DNA of 64,000 bases from Nitrospinales bacterium (GTDB lineage: Bacteria > Nitrospinota > Nitrospinia > Nitrospinales > VA-1), in contig CBDCWG010000012.1 in NCBI GenBank assembly GCA_965223345.1, positions 2,528,001-2,592,000 of the forward strand, given 5' to 3'. Of the stretch, positions 8,551-17,583 are shown piece by piece. Within the stretch, counting starts at the first letter, position 1; every line of letters starts with the position of its first letter. A program made the position numbers and the translations under genes. The notes beneath the pieces were generated by a model that worked only from the letters and a program-made list of their open reading frames with translations, was not told the DNA's origin and did no database searches.

Positions 8551-8873
8551 GGTTTTTCAGGTATTTGGTGAATGGTTGTGTGGATTGGCGGTAAAGGGTG
8601 CGGTGAAATGATATTTATATAAATTATTGATAAATATAATGATATCTCTGTTCCGGGGAGGATCCGCCTTCGCCTCGCCGCAAAACGCGGTTTTTCAGAG
8701 ACGCCATCCCCTTCCTACATTGGATGGCAAAACCCGCCTGAGGTTACAACAAACCTGCTCTCTGCGGGTGAAAATCTGCCGGACCCGCCTTTGCGCCCGA
8801 AGACCATCAAAAAAAAGGCGGTAAAGTGATTTTTAGCAAAATCCGACAAGATAAGGAAACAAACGGAGACCCC

Positions 8874-11800
8874 ATGAACCTCAAAATCCTATCCTTCAAT
8901 TGGCACGAACCCTACCTGTGTCTGCTGTCCCGCATCGGGCACGAATTTCTGGTGGTCGAACCGGAAATCGCCCCGGGCGGCAAGATCCGCCGCTGGGACG
9001 ACAACATGCGGCCCTTGCCGAAAAACATGCGCTGCATCTCCACCGGCCAGGCGCTGGAAGAGCTGGAGCAAAACAACATCGATCTGGTGATCGCCCACAA
9101 TGTCAAGGACCTGGTTTTCGTGCGCGAGTACGAGCTGCCCAAGATCCTGGTCTTTCACAACCGGCTGACCACCGAGATCGAATTGAGCACGGTTCCCATC
9201 GACCGCGGCGAGTACCTGGAAAAAGTGCGCACGCTGCTCACCGACGTGAGCCGGGTGTTCATCTCCGAGAGCAAGAAAAACGACTGGGGGCTGGACGGCA
9301 AGGTGATTCTGCCGGGGCTGGACGTGTCGGAATACGGCGGGTACACCGGGGCGAACGCCTGTGCGCTGCGCGTGGGCAATCTGCTGAAGGAGCGGGACCT
9401 GATGATGGGCTTTACCACCGGCGAAAGGGTGCTGGAAGGGTTCGATTCCGTGACGCTGGGCCTGAACCCGTCGCTGCCCGGCTCGCGCCTGTCGCGCGGG
9501 TTCGAGGATCTGAAAACCTTCTACCGCAACTGCCGCGTGTACCTCAACTGTACGGTGGAGGGCTACGAGGACGGCTACAACCTTTCCATGCTGGAGGCGA
9601 TGGCCACCGGCATGCCGGTGGTGGCGGCGTTCAACAGCACCTCCCCGATCGAGGACGGCGTCAACGGCTTCATCTCCAACGACGTGGACAGCCTGCGCAA
9701 TGGGCTTAAAGAGCTGCTGGACAACCCGGAGCTCGCCGCGCAGATGGGCGGGCGGGCGCGCGAAACGGTGCGCCAGCAGTTCGGCATCGAGGCGTTTCTG
9801 GCTTCCTGGCAGGAGGTGGTGAAGGACGCCATCGTCGAGTTTCTGGAACGGTCGGGAATCTCTCTCAGCGCCACGCCGCGGCCGTTTCATGAGAAGACGC
9901 GCAAGAACATCCTGTTCAATTACGTTTCCTACCCGGCCACCACGGCTTTCTACCTGGAGCGCGCGCTGCGCAAGCAGCACAACGTGGTCACCTGCGGGCC
10001 GATGATTTCCAAGGAGGTCATCGAGTTGTGGAACCTGGAGGCCATGCGGTGGGAAGTGACGCCGCAGGATCTGCCCTGCAACGACGGCACGACCCTGGCC
10101 GCCATGCGGGAAAAACTGCCGCAGGGCTGGGAGCCGGACCTGTTTTTGTGGGTGGAAACCGGGCTCGGGGGGCTGCCTCCCGATCTGCACGAGCACACGA
10201 TTCCCAAGGCCTGCTACCTGATCGACACGCACATCCATCTGGAAAAGCACACCGAAATCGCACGCAAGTTCGATTTTGTGTTCCTCGCCCAAAAGGGCTA
10301 TGTGGACGCGCTGAAGCGGGCCGGCATCGAGCGGGTGACCTGGCTGCCGCTCGCCTGCGACCCGGAAATCCACGGCCCCAAAGAGGGCGGTAAATCGCAC
10401 GACGTGGGCTTCGTCGGCTCGGTGACGGCGGTGCACAAGCGGCGCAAGGCGCTGCTGGACAGCATCGGCGAGCATTTCGATCTTTGCGTGGAACGCAAAT
10501 TCATGGACGAGATGGCCGAGGTGTACGCGCGTTCGCGCATGGTGTTCAACAACGCCCTGAACGAAGACCTGAACATGCGGGTGTTCGAAGCGCTGTGCAG
10601 CGGCAGCCTGCTGCTCACCGATGCGGCGTGCGGGCTGAAGGACCTCTTCGAGGAAGGCAAGCATTACGCTGAGTACATCGACGACACGCTCATCGAAACC
10701 ATCCAGTATTACCTCGACCGCCCCAACGAGCGGGAGAGGATCGCCACCGAAGGCCGCAAGGAGGTGCTCACCCGTCACACCTACGCGCACCGCGCGCGGC
10801 AGATGCTGGAAACGCTGGACGCGCATTTCCGCAGCCACCCGCAGGCCGTGCCCATAGAGGAAGAAAAACCGGATTCGTATTACCGGCACGTGCGCGAAGA
10901 CGTGCTGGCGCTGGTTCCCGAGGATGCGGCCTGCATTCTGGAGGTCGGCTGTGCGGCGGGCGAAACCGGCCGGGCGCTGAAGAGCCGCAGGGACGCGTTC
11001 GTGGCGGGCGTGGAAACGGTGCCCGCGGCGGCGGCAAAGGCGCGCGCCGTGCTGGACGATGTGGTGGAAGGCGACATCGAAACCCTTGCCTTGCCGTATG
11101 AAGCCGAAAGTTTCGACTGCGTGCTGTTCGCGGACGTGCTCGAGCACCTCGTCGATCCGCTCGCGGTTCTGATGAAAGTGAAAAAGCTGCTCAAGCCCGG
11201 CGGCACGGTGGTCGCCAGCCTGCCGAACGTGCAGTACTACGGCCTGATCCATCACCTGGTGGAAGGCAACTGGACCTATCAGAAGGAAGGCATCCTCGAT
11301 GAAACGCACCTGCGTTTTTTCACCTTCAAGGAAATGCAGGCGCTGTTCACGAAAGCCGGGTTCAGCATCGAGGCGGTGGACGAGACGCTGGACCCGAAAT
11401 ATGAAGAACTTTCCAAAACCACGCCCAACAGTCTCAACATCGGGCGCATGACGATCCGCGATCTCAGCGAAGAGGAGTTCAAGCGGTTTTTCGTCTTCCA
11501 GTACAAGATCCGCGCGGCGCTCAAAACCGCTGTGCAAAGCCAAACCGAGGAGCCGGAGGCGCCGGCCGCAAGCACGAAAGAGCAGGCGCTGGCGGAAGCG
11601 CAGGCGTTGTTCGAAAAGCAGGATTTTTCCGGCGCGGCGGCGCTGTATCAGGAAACCCAGCGGTCGCATCCCGACTGCGCCGAAGCCCTGGCGCAGGAGG
11701 GCAACTGCCACATGCACCTGAACGACGCCGACACCGCGCGCCGCTGCTACGAACAGGCCCTGGAGCACGATCCAAAGCATTTCGCGGCCTGGATGGGGCG

Positions 11801-12257
11801 GGGGCTTCTGGATCTGCAGAGCGGAAATCTCGATGCCGCCGCCTCGGCGTTGAACGAAGCGCTGGAGATCAAGCCGGACAACGACAAGGCGCTCTCCGCG
11901 CTGGGGCTGGTGCACCGGCAGAACGGCCAGGCGCAGGCAAGTTTCGACTGCTTCGAGCGCGCGCTGGACCTCAACATCGAAAACCAGACGGCGTTGACAC
12001 ACCTTCTCGATCTTTCCTACGAGATGAACGCATTCACGGCGGTCGAGAAAGCGTTGAAGCAATACCTCAAACTGCATCCGGCCAATCTGAACATGCTGTT
12101 CGGGCTTGCGGGCATCCAGTACAAGATGGGCAGGCGCAGCGAGTGCCGCGCCACGCTGGATCTGATCCTGGTGTTCGACGCCCAGCATCAGGACGCATTG
12201 AGTTTTCTCAAACGGCTCGAAACCGAACCCGCCGATACCAGACTGACAGCGAGATAA
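8874..12257 (+). CDS. Multidomain glycosyltransferase (GT4-like + CgeB-like GT) / SAM methyltransferase / TPR protein
   Basis: GGAG RBS before ATG 8874; MLEAMATGMPVV; LNMRVFEALCSG, HTYAHRA; LEVGCAAG, DVLEHL, LDETHLRFFT; C-terminal TPRs. Confidence 0.88.
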   Translation: MNLKILSFNWHEPYLCLLSRIGHEFLVVEPEIAPGGKIRRWDDNMRPLPKNMRCISTGQALEELEQNNIDLVIAHNVKDLVFVREYELPKILVFHNRLTTEIELSTVPIDRGEYLEKVRTLLTDVSRVFISESKKNDWGLDGKVILPGLDVSEYGGYTGANACALRVGNLLKERDLMMGFTTGERVLEGFDSVTLGLNPSLPGSRLSRGFEDLKTFYRNCRVYLNCTVEGYEDGYNLSMLEAMATGMPVVAAFNSTSPIEDGVNGFISNDVDSLRNGLKELLDNPELAAQMGGRARETVRQQFGIEAFLASWQEVVKDAIVEFLERSGISLSATPRPFHEKTRKNILFNYVSYPATTAFYLERALRKQHNVVTCGPMISKEVIELWNLEAMRWEVTPQDLPCNDGTTLAAMREKLPQGWEPDLFLWVETGLGGLPPDLHEHTIPKACYLIDTHIHLEKHTEIARKFDFVFLAQKGYVDALKRAGIERVTWLPLACDPEIHGPKEGGKSHDVGFVGSVTAVHKRRKALLDSIGEHFDLCVERKFMDEMAEVYARSRMVFNNALNEDLNMRVFEALCSGSLLLTDAACGLKDLFEEGKHYAEYIDDTLIETIQYYLDRPNERERIATEGRKEVLTRHTYAHRARQMLETLDAHFRSHPQAVPIEEEKPDSYYRHVREDVLALVPEDAACILEVGCAAGETGRALKSRRDAFVAGVETVPAAAAKARAVLDDVVEGDIETLALPYEAESFDCVLFADVLEHLVDPLAVLMKVKKLLKPGGTVVASLPNVQYYGLIHHLVEGNWTYQKEGILDETHLRFFTFKEMQALFTKAGFSIEAVDETLDPKYEELSKTTPNSLNIGRMTIRDLSEEEFKRFFVFQYKIRAALKTAVQSQTEEPEAPAASTKEQALAEAQALFEKQDFSGAAALYQETQRSHPDCAEALAQEGNCHMHLNDADTARRCYEQALEHDPKHFAAWMGRGLLDLQSGNLDAAASALNEALEIKPDNDKALSALGLVHRQNGQAQASFDCFERALDLNIENQTALTHLLDLSYEMNAFTAVEKALKQYLKLHPANLNMLFGLAGIQYKMGRRSECRATLDLILVFDAQHQDALSFLKRLETEPADTRLTAR

Positions 12258-12264
12258 TTTTTAT

Positions 12265-14058
12265 ATGAATCGGCTGCAGCGCAATCTGAAACGGCTCGCA
12301 GAGCACGATCCGGCTCTGGCCGGGCGGGTCGAACGTGAGAAAAATCCTGAGGAGATCCAAGTGGTGGAGGCCAGGGACGGCCTCCCCATTCCTCAGGTGG
12401 GATCGGTTTCCCTGCACAGCACCTACCGCCCCGGTGAGGAAGCGCAGAAAGCTGCGGCGCAGTTTGCGGCAAAGCCGGGGCTTGGCAACGTGGTGTACGG
12501 CCTGGGTTTCGGCCACCATATCGCCGCGCTGCTGGAGCGGGTCGAGGGAAACTGCACCGTGATCGAACCCTCGCTGCCGCTGTTCCGCGCGTTTTTGCAG
12601 TCGGTGGACATCGAGCCCTTTCTGCCGCGCACCCGTTTCGTGGTGGGCGAGCCGCAGGCGAAGATCCTGGCGCGGCTGCATCCGGAAAAGTGGAACGTGT
12701 TTGTGCACCGCGCTTCGCTCAGGATGTCCGACTCTTATTTCGCGCGGCTGGAAGCGGGCCGGGAACGGGCCGCCTATCTCGACGCGCATTCCCTCAAGGT
12801 GCTGGTGGTCAACCCGATGTACGGCGGGTCGCTGCCGACCGCGCGCTATTGTGCCGGTGTGCTGGAAAACCTCGGCCACAAGGCGGTGGCGGTGGAGTGC
12901 GAACGGTTCGCGGAAGGGTATTTTTCGCTCAAGGAGGTCACGCGCAACAAGGAGAACGCGCGCATCCTCACCGAGCAGTTCATGAACTTCATGGGCGAGG
13001 TGGTGGCCGCCAAAGCGGCGGATTTCCGGCCGGATCTGATTCTCGCCCTCGCGCAGGCGCCGCTGACGCCGCAGGCGCTGGCGCGGCTCAAGGCTCTCAA
13101 GATCCCCATCGCTTTCTGGTTCGTGGAGGATTTCCGCACGCTGACCTACTGGAAAGACGTGGCGGCCTCTTACGATCATTTTTTCTGCATTCAAAAGGGC
13201 GAATTCCCGCAAGCGCTGCACTCGAAGGGGGCAAAGCACGCCTACTACCTGCCGCAGGCCTGTTTCCCGGACGTGCACCGGCCGGTGGAGCTCACCGAAC
13301 AGGAACAGGAGAGCTACGCCGCCGACCTGTCCTTCATGGGGGCGGCGTACTACAACCGGGTGAAAACCTTTCCGCGCCTGCTCGATTTCGATTTCAAGAT
13401 CTGGGGCACCGAATGGAACCTCGACTCCGCCGTGGGCGAGCGGGTGCAGAACGCCAACTGGCGCATCGATCCGGAAGAGGCGGTGAAGATCTACAACGCC
13501 GGCAAGGTGAATCTGAACCTGCATTCTTCCACCTTTCACGAAGACATCAACCCGGAAGGGGATTTCGTCAATCCGCGCACGTTCGAAATCGCCGCCTGCG
13601 GCGGTTTTCAACTGGTGGATGCACGTTCCCTGCTGAGCGAACTGCTGGCGCCGGGGGAAGAGGTGGTCACTTTCGACAACGTTCCCGACCTGAAGGAAAA
13701 GATCGCGTACTACCTCGAACACGACGAGGAACGCCGGCGCATCGCTGGCCGGGCGCGGGCGCGGGTGCTGGCCGAGCACACGATGGAGCACCGCATGCGC
13801 GAGATGCTGATCGAGATCTACATCGACCGCTCCGAGGAGTTGCGGCAGCGCATCGACGGGCGCAAGGAAGCCATCGATTATTTCATCGAAGAAGCCGGGG
13901 CGGAAACCGAGCTGGGGCGCTATCTGGAACGGTTCCGCGGCCAGCCGGATTTCACGATCAAGACCGCGGTTGAGGCGATCCAGAACGGCGAAGGCGCGCT
14001 CGACGACAACGAGACGCTGCTGCTCATGGTGAATCAGTTGATCAAACAGGAGGATTGA
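12265..14058 (+). CDS. CgeB-family glycosyltransferase with Maf-like N-terminal domain
   Basis: LHSTYRP..EA, YGLGFGHHI; FWFVEDF, VNPRTFEIAACG, HTMEHR. Confidence 0.85.
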   Translation: MNRLQRNLKRLAEHDPALAGRVEREKNPEEIQVVEARDGLPIPQVGSVSLHSTYRPGEEAQKAAAQFAAKPGLGNVVYGLGFGHHIAALLERVEGNCTVIEPSLPLFRAFLQSVDIEPFLPRTRFVVGEPQAKILARLHPEKWNVFVHRASLRMSDSYFARLEAGRERAAYLDAHSLKVLVVNPMYGGSLPTARYCAGVLENLGHKAVAVECERFAEGYFSLKEVTRNKENARILTEQFMNFMGEVVAAKAADFRPDLILALAQAPLTPQALARLKALKIPIAFWFVEDFRTLTYWKDVAASYDHFFCIQKGEFPQALHSKGAKHAYYLPQACFPDVHRPVELTEQEQESYAADLSFMGAAYYNRVKTFPRLLDFDFKIWGTEWNLDSAVGERVQNANWRIDPEEAVKIYNAGKVNLNLHSSTFHEDINPEGDFVNPRTFEIAACGGFQLVDARSLLSELLAPGEEVVTFDNVPDLKEKIAYYLEHDEERRRIAGRARARVLAEHTMEHRMREMLIEIYIDRSEELRQRIDGRKEAIDYFIEEAGAETELGRYLERFRGQPDFTIKTAVEAIQNGEGALDDNETLLLMVNQLIKQED

Positions 14059-14104
14059 ACGCGATGCGGTTCTCTTTTCGCAATGACTTTCCAGGTGGGG
14101 GCGC

Positions 14105-15835
14105 ATGAAAATTCTCGTGATGAGCCTCACGCGCATGGGCGATCTGGTGCAGGCGACGCCGGTGATTTCCGGGTTGCGGCAGAAGCATCCCGAAGCCGCC
14201 ATCACTTTGATGGTCACTAGCGATTTCGCCGGTTTCGTGCCGCGCATTCCGGACATCGATGATTCGGTGGTGCTCGACATCCGCCAGTTCACCGGCGACG
14301 GCGAGGTTGCGGACTGCTCCTGGGTGACGATTTACCGCTACATCGAGGGTTTTCTCGATTCGGTGAGAGAGCAGTCGTTCGACCTGGTGGTGAATCTGAG
14401 TCATTCGCGGCTGAGCGCGCTGATGATCCATTACCTGGGCATCCCCAGGGTGTGCGGCTTCGCCTGCAACGACACCGGAGATCGCATGACCCTGCATCCC
14501 TGGATGCAGTATTTCGGCACCGAGCCCTTCAACCGCATCTACAACCCGTTCAACCTGGTGGAGATTTTCACGCGCGCGGTGGACGTGGCCGTTGAGGATC
14601 AGCGCATTCGCATGAACCCTCCCGAAAGTGGCGAAACCGCTCTGCCCGAAGAGTTCGAGGGGGTGCTGCAGGAGGGGACGCGCTGGATCGGCATTCAGGC
14701 GGGTTCCAGCCTGGAAGGGCGGCGCTGGCCGGCGCAGTCGTTCGCCGAGCTTGCGGACCTGCTGGCGGAGCAGCTCGACGCCAACATCCTGCTGTTCGGC
14801 GTGGCGTCCGAATCGCTGATCGCCAAAGCGATCACCGAACACATGCGGCATGCGGAACGGGTGGTCGATTGCACCGGCAGGACCAGCATCCCGCAGCTCA
14901 TGGTGCTGCTCAAGCGCTGCTCCTACCTCGTCACCAACGACACGGGCACCATGCACATCGCCGCCGCATTGGGAACGCCCATCGTCGGGCTGTTCTTCGC
15001 GCACGCGCACCCCTACGAGACCGGCCCGTACTCTCCGGGACACCTCATCTTTCAGTCGCGGATTTCCTGCGCTCCCTGCAGTTACGGCGCAAAATGTAAC
15101 AACGTCGTCTGCATCGACAAGGTGCGGCCGCAGCATCTTTTGGCGATGATCGAGGAACACCATCGCAACGGTCACTGGAAACTGCCGCCGGACATGGGGC
15201 CGCTGGACGAGGTGCATATTTTCGAGACGCGTTTCGGCGCGGACAACCGGTTGGGCCTCCGGTCGCTGGTGCGGCATCCGGTCGGTTTGCAGGATGTGTT
15301 CCGCTTGGCTTACGAGCGGTTGTGGCTTTCGGTGCTTCAGCCTGGAAATGAGTCTGCGGGCACGCCGGTCGCGGAGACGCTGCGGGCCGATCACGATTGC
15401 GCAGACATCGGCCAGCTGCTGCCGGTGGTGGATGAAAAACGCAGCGTGCTGCGGTCGATCGGGCGGCGGGCCGGCAAAGGCGTGCAGGCCGCCGGGAAGA
15501 TCCTCCGGTTTTGCGGCAAGAAAGGGGCGGAGGCGAAAATCCAGGCGCTCGGCGAGGAAATCAGCTGCGTCGATGCGGCGCTCGATCTTTCCGGCTGCAC
15601 CCATCCGGAGGTCAAGCCACTGGTGGACCTGTTTCTCAAGCGCAAGGAGAACTTTCAGGGGGAGGATCTGGCCTGGCTGGCGGCGGAGACGCTGCGCTGT
15701 TACCAGACGCTGATCGCGGAAACGGCGAAAATGGAGGAAATTTTAGCGAAAACGGTGGCGGATTTCCGGAATGCGGATCATTCGGAAGCGGTTTCGGTCT
15801 CCAGATCCATGAGCGCGCTGGTTCCCGGCAGGTAG
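14105..15835 (+). CDS. Glycosyltransferase family 9 (heptosyltransferase-like) with C-terminal extension
   Basis: TRMGDLVQ, QAGSSLEGRRWP, VTNDTGTMHIAAALG, CAPC. Confidence 0.9.
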   Translation: MKILVMSLTRMGDLVQATPVISGLRQKHPEAAITLMVTSDFAGFVPRIPDIDDSVVLDIRQFTGDGEVADCSWVTIYRYIEGFLDSVREQSFDLVVNLSHSRLSALMIHYLGIPRVCGFACNDTGDRMTLHPWMQYFGTEPFNRIYNPFNLVEIFTRAVDVAVEDQRIRMNPPESGETALPEEFEGVLQEGTRWIGIQAGSSLEGRRWPAQSFAELADLLAEQLDANILLFGVASESLIAKAITEHMRHAERVVDCTGRTSIPQLMVLLKRCSYLVTNDTGTMHIAAALGTPIVGLFFAHAHPYETGPYSPGHLIFQSRISCAPCSYGAKCNNVVCIDKVRPQHLLAMIEEHHRNGHWKLPPDMGPLDEVHIFETRFGADNRLGLRSLVRHPVGLQDVFRLAYERLWLSVLQPGNESAGTPVAETLRADHDCADIGQLLPVVDEKRSVLRSIGRRAGKGVQAAGKILRFCGKKGAEAKIQALGEEISCVDAALDLSGCTHPEVKPLVDLFLKRKENFQGEDLAWLAAETLRCYQTLIAETAKMEEILAKTVADFRNADHSEAVSVSRSMSALVPGR

Positions 15836-17343
15836 GCGGCCATGTCCGAATGGCCCCCGTCTTCCAGGAAGGACTCGAGAAATTCCAGGGAAGCGCCGCC
15901 GCCGGTGGAGATGAAAAAATTGGAGGTGAAATAATTCCATAGAACATAACTGTCGTTTTCGACGAAACCTATGGTAAGCTGGTTGCGGTTGATGGTTGGA
16001 AGCAGCTGCTTTTCGATCTGTTTTTTGATCAGGTTTTTCAACTCGTTGATGCTCACCTTGTTGAGAATGGCCGCGGAGTCCCCCCCGCCAATCACCACGG
16101 AGAGGTTATCGTCAACCAGGGCGGTTGCGAAAAGCAGCTTCGCCAGCTCCAGAGAACCCTCGATGTAAGCGTTGGAAGCAGGGTGGTCGTAAGCCCCCAG
16201 CGGGCCGTTCCAGAACACATTTTCGACTCCCGGAGACAGGATGGTCTTGCTGAAGTTTTCGATGGTTTTGGGACCCAGATCCAACTGGAGTTCCGTGCTG
16301 AAATCCGGCAGGGTTTTGACTTCGTAGGTGGTGTTCATGAAGTCGCTGACAACCTTGTAATCTTCCGGAAACTGGATGAGAACGTTGTTTTTTTCCGCCA
16401 GATCCAGAATCTCCTCAGCAAGCCTGATTTCCCGCAGCAGATTCTGGTTGTCTTCCTCCTGTTTCGAACGCAGCTTCAGCGGGATGTCCTCCGGTCCGGA
16501 AAGGGTGTTCACATGGTCTTTCTGCACCAGAGCCAGCAGGAACGCGTTGACCATTTTGCCGCCGATCACGATGCATTTGACCCTGGTTTCAACAAACCGC
16601 TTCAACATGGAAATCTTGTCGCTGATTTTCGCTCCCCCGGCCACAACCACGCTTTTTCTCGGGTCTTTGAACACGCGTTGCCCGAAATTCCCCAGCGCCT
16701 GGACTTCCTCGTAGAGCAGGTTTCCGGCGATCACCGGTTTGCCCTGCTTGCGCATCAGATTGGGGAGCATTTTGATGCTTTTGGAGACCCGATGGCTGCA
16801 CCCGAAAGCGCAATTGATGTAAACGTCGGCGATGCGGGCGATTTCGTTGATGAATTCCTCCCGGTAGGTTTCCGGGTTTTTCGGCTCGAGCAGGTAGCGC
16901 AGGTTGGGAAGGAACTTGATCCCTCCCGTCGGCATGCGGTGGTGAAAGAAGATCTCCAGGGAATGCGTCAGGTGGGAATCGATGATCTCCGGAGGAAAAA
17001 TGGTGTAGGTGTCGCCGTAATTTTTACGGGTGAGCGTGTCAAAATGGGAACTGACGAACTGGATGTTGAAAATCCCGTCCCAGCCGACGTGGTCCTTGGT
17101 CTTGTGAGGGCGTCCCAGATGCGACCCGATGATGATCTTGCAGTCGCCGTCGGTGAGTTCGTGGATTTTTTTGAAGGTGGTGTCGAGAAACCGGCGGATC
17201 CGGGTGTCATCGGAAACGCGATAGTAGTCTTTTTTCGTGTGGATCAGCGGCACATTGAAATCGACCCGGATGAAAATGGTCTTGCCTTTCAGATCCGAGG
17301 CGGAGAGGGTGTCCAGAGAATCCATTCCAATTTGATTCACCAT
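15778..17343 (-). CDS. pgk: Phosphoglycerate kinase, divergent and enlarged (~521 aa)
   Basis: RVDFNVP, SHLGRP, GGAKISDKI, DLGPKT, WNGPLG, GGGDS, STGGGASLEFLE; start 17343 or 17325; overlaps the GT9 3' end by 58 nt. Confidence 0.85.
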   Translation of the reverse strand: MVNQIGMDSLDTLSASDLKGKTIFIRVDFNVPLIHTKKDYYRVSDDTRIRRFLDTTFKKIHELTDGDCKIIIGSHLGRPHKTKDHVGWDGIFNIQFVSSHFDTLTRKNYGDTYTIFPPEIIDSHLTHSLEIFFHHRMPTGGIKFLPNLRYLLEPKNPETYREEFINEIARIADVYINCAFGCSHRVSKSIKMLPNLMRKQGKPVIAGNLLYEEVQALGNFGQRVFKDPRKSVVVAGGAKISDKISMLKRFVETRVKCIVIGGKMVNAFLLALVQKDHVNTLSGPEDIPLKLRSKQEEDNQNLLREIRLAEEILDLAEKNNVLIQFPEDYKVVSDFMNTTYEVKTLPDFSTELQLDLGPKTIENFSKTILSPGVENVFWNGPLGAYDHPASNAYIEGSLELAKLLFATALVDDNLSVVIGGGDSAAILNKVSINELKNLIKKQIEKQLLPTINRNQLTIGFVENDSYVLWNYFTSNFFISTGGGASLEFLESFLEDGGHSDMAAYLPGTSALMDLETETASE

Positions 17344-17583
17344 CGTGGGTTCCAATCGTCGAAAGCGGACAGAATAAAAGGGTTTTCGCCAAAATTCACA
17401 GCGTCGGAGCGTCAAAAAACCGCCGGAATCGGCGGGTGCGAATTTCGGGCAACTAATTGAATTTTAACAAATTAATTGAAAATCAACAACTTTTGTATTC
17501 ATGGGGATTTTAGTTTATTATAACAAATTATAAGGAATCGTGTCCTTTACAAGTGTTCCAAAAAAGGACCGGAAAGACCAAAA

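Noticed and set aside
8889..14292. Very long antisense ORFs (1099 and 694 aa), and similar ones opposite aconitase, rne and ctpA
   Set aside because: Shadow frames of high-GC genes with no recognisable motifs
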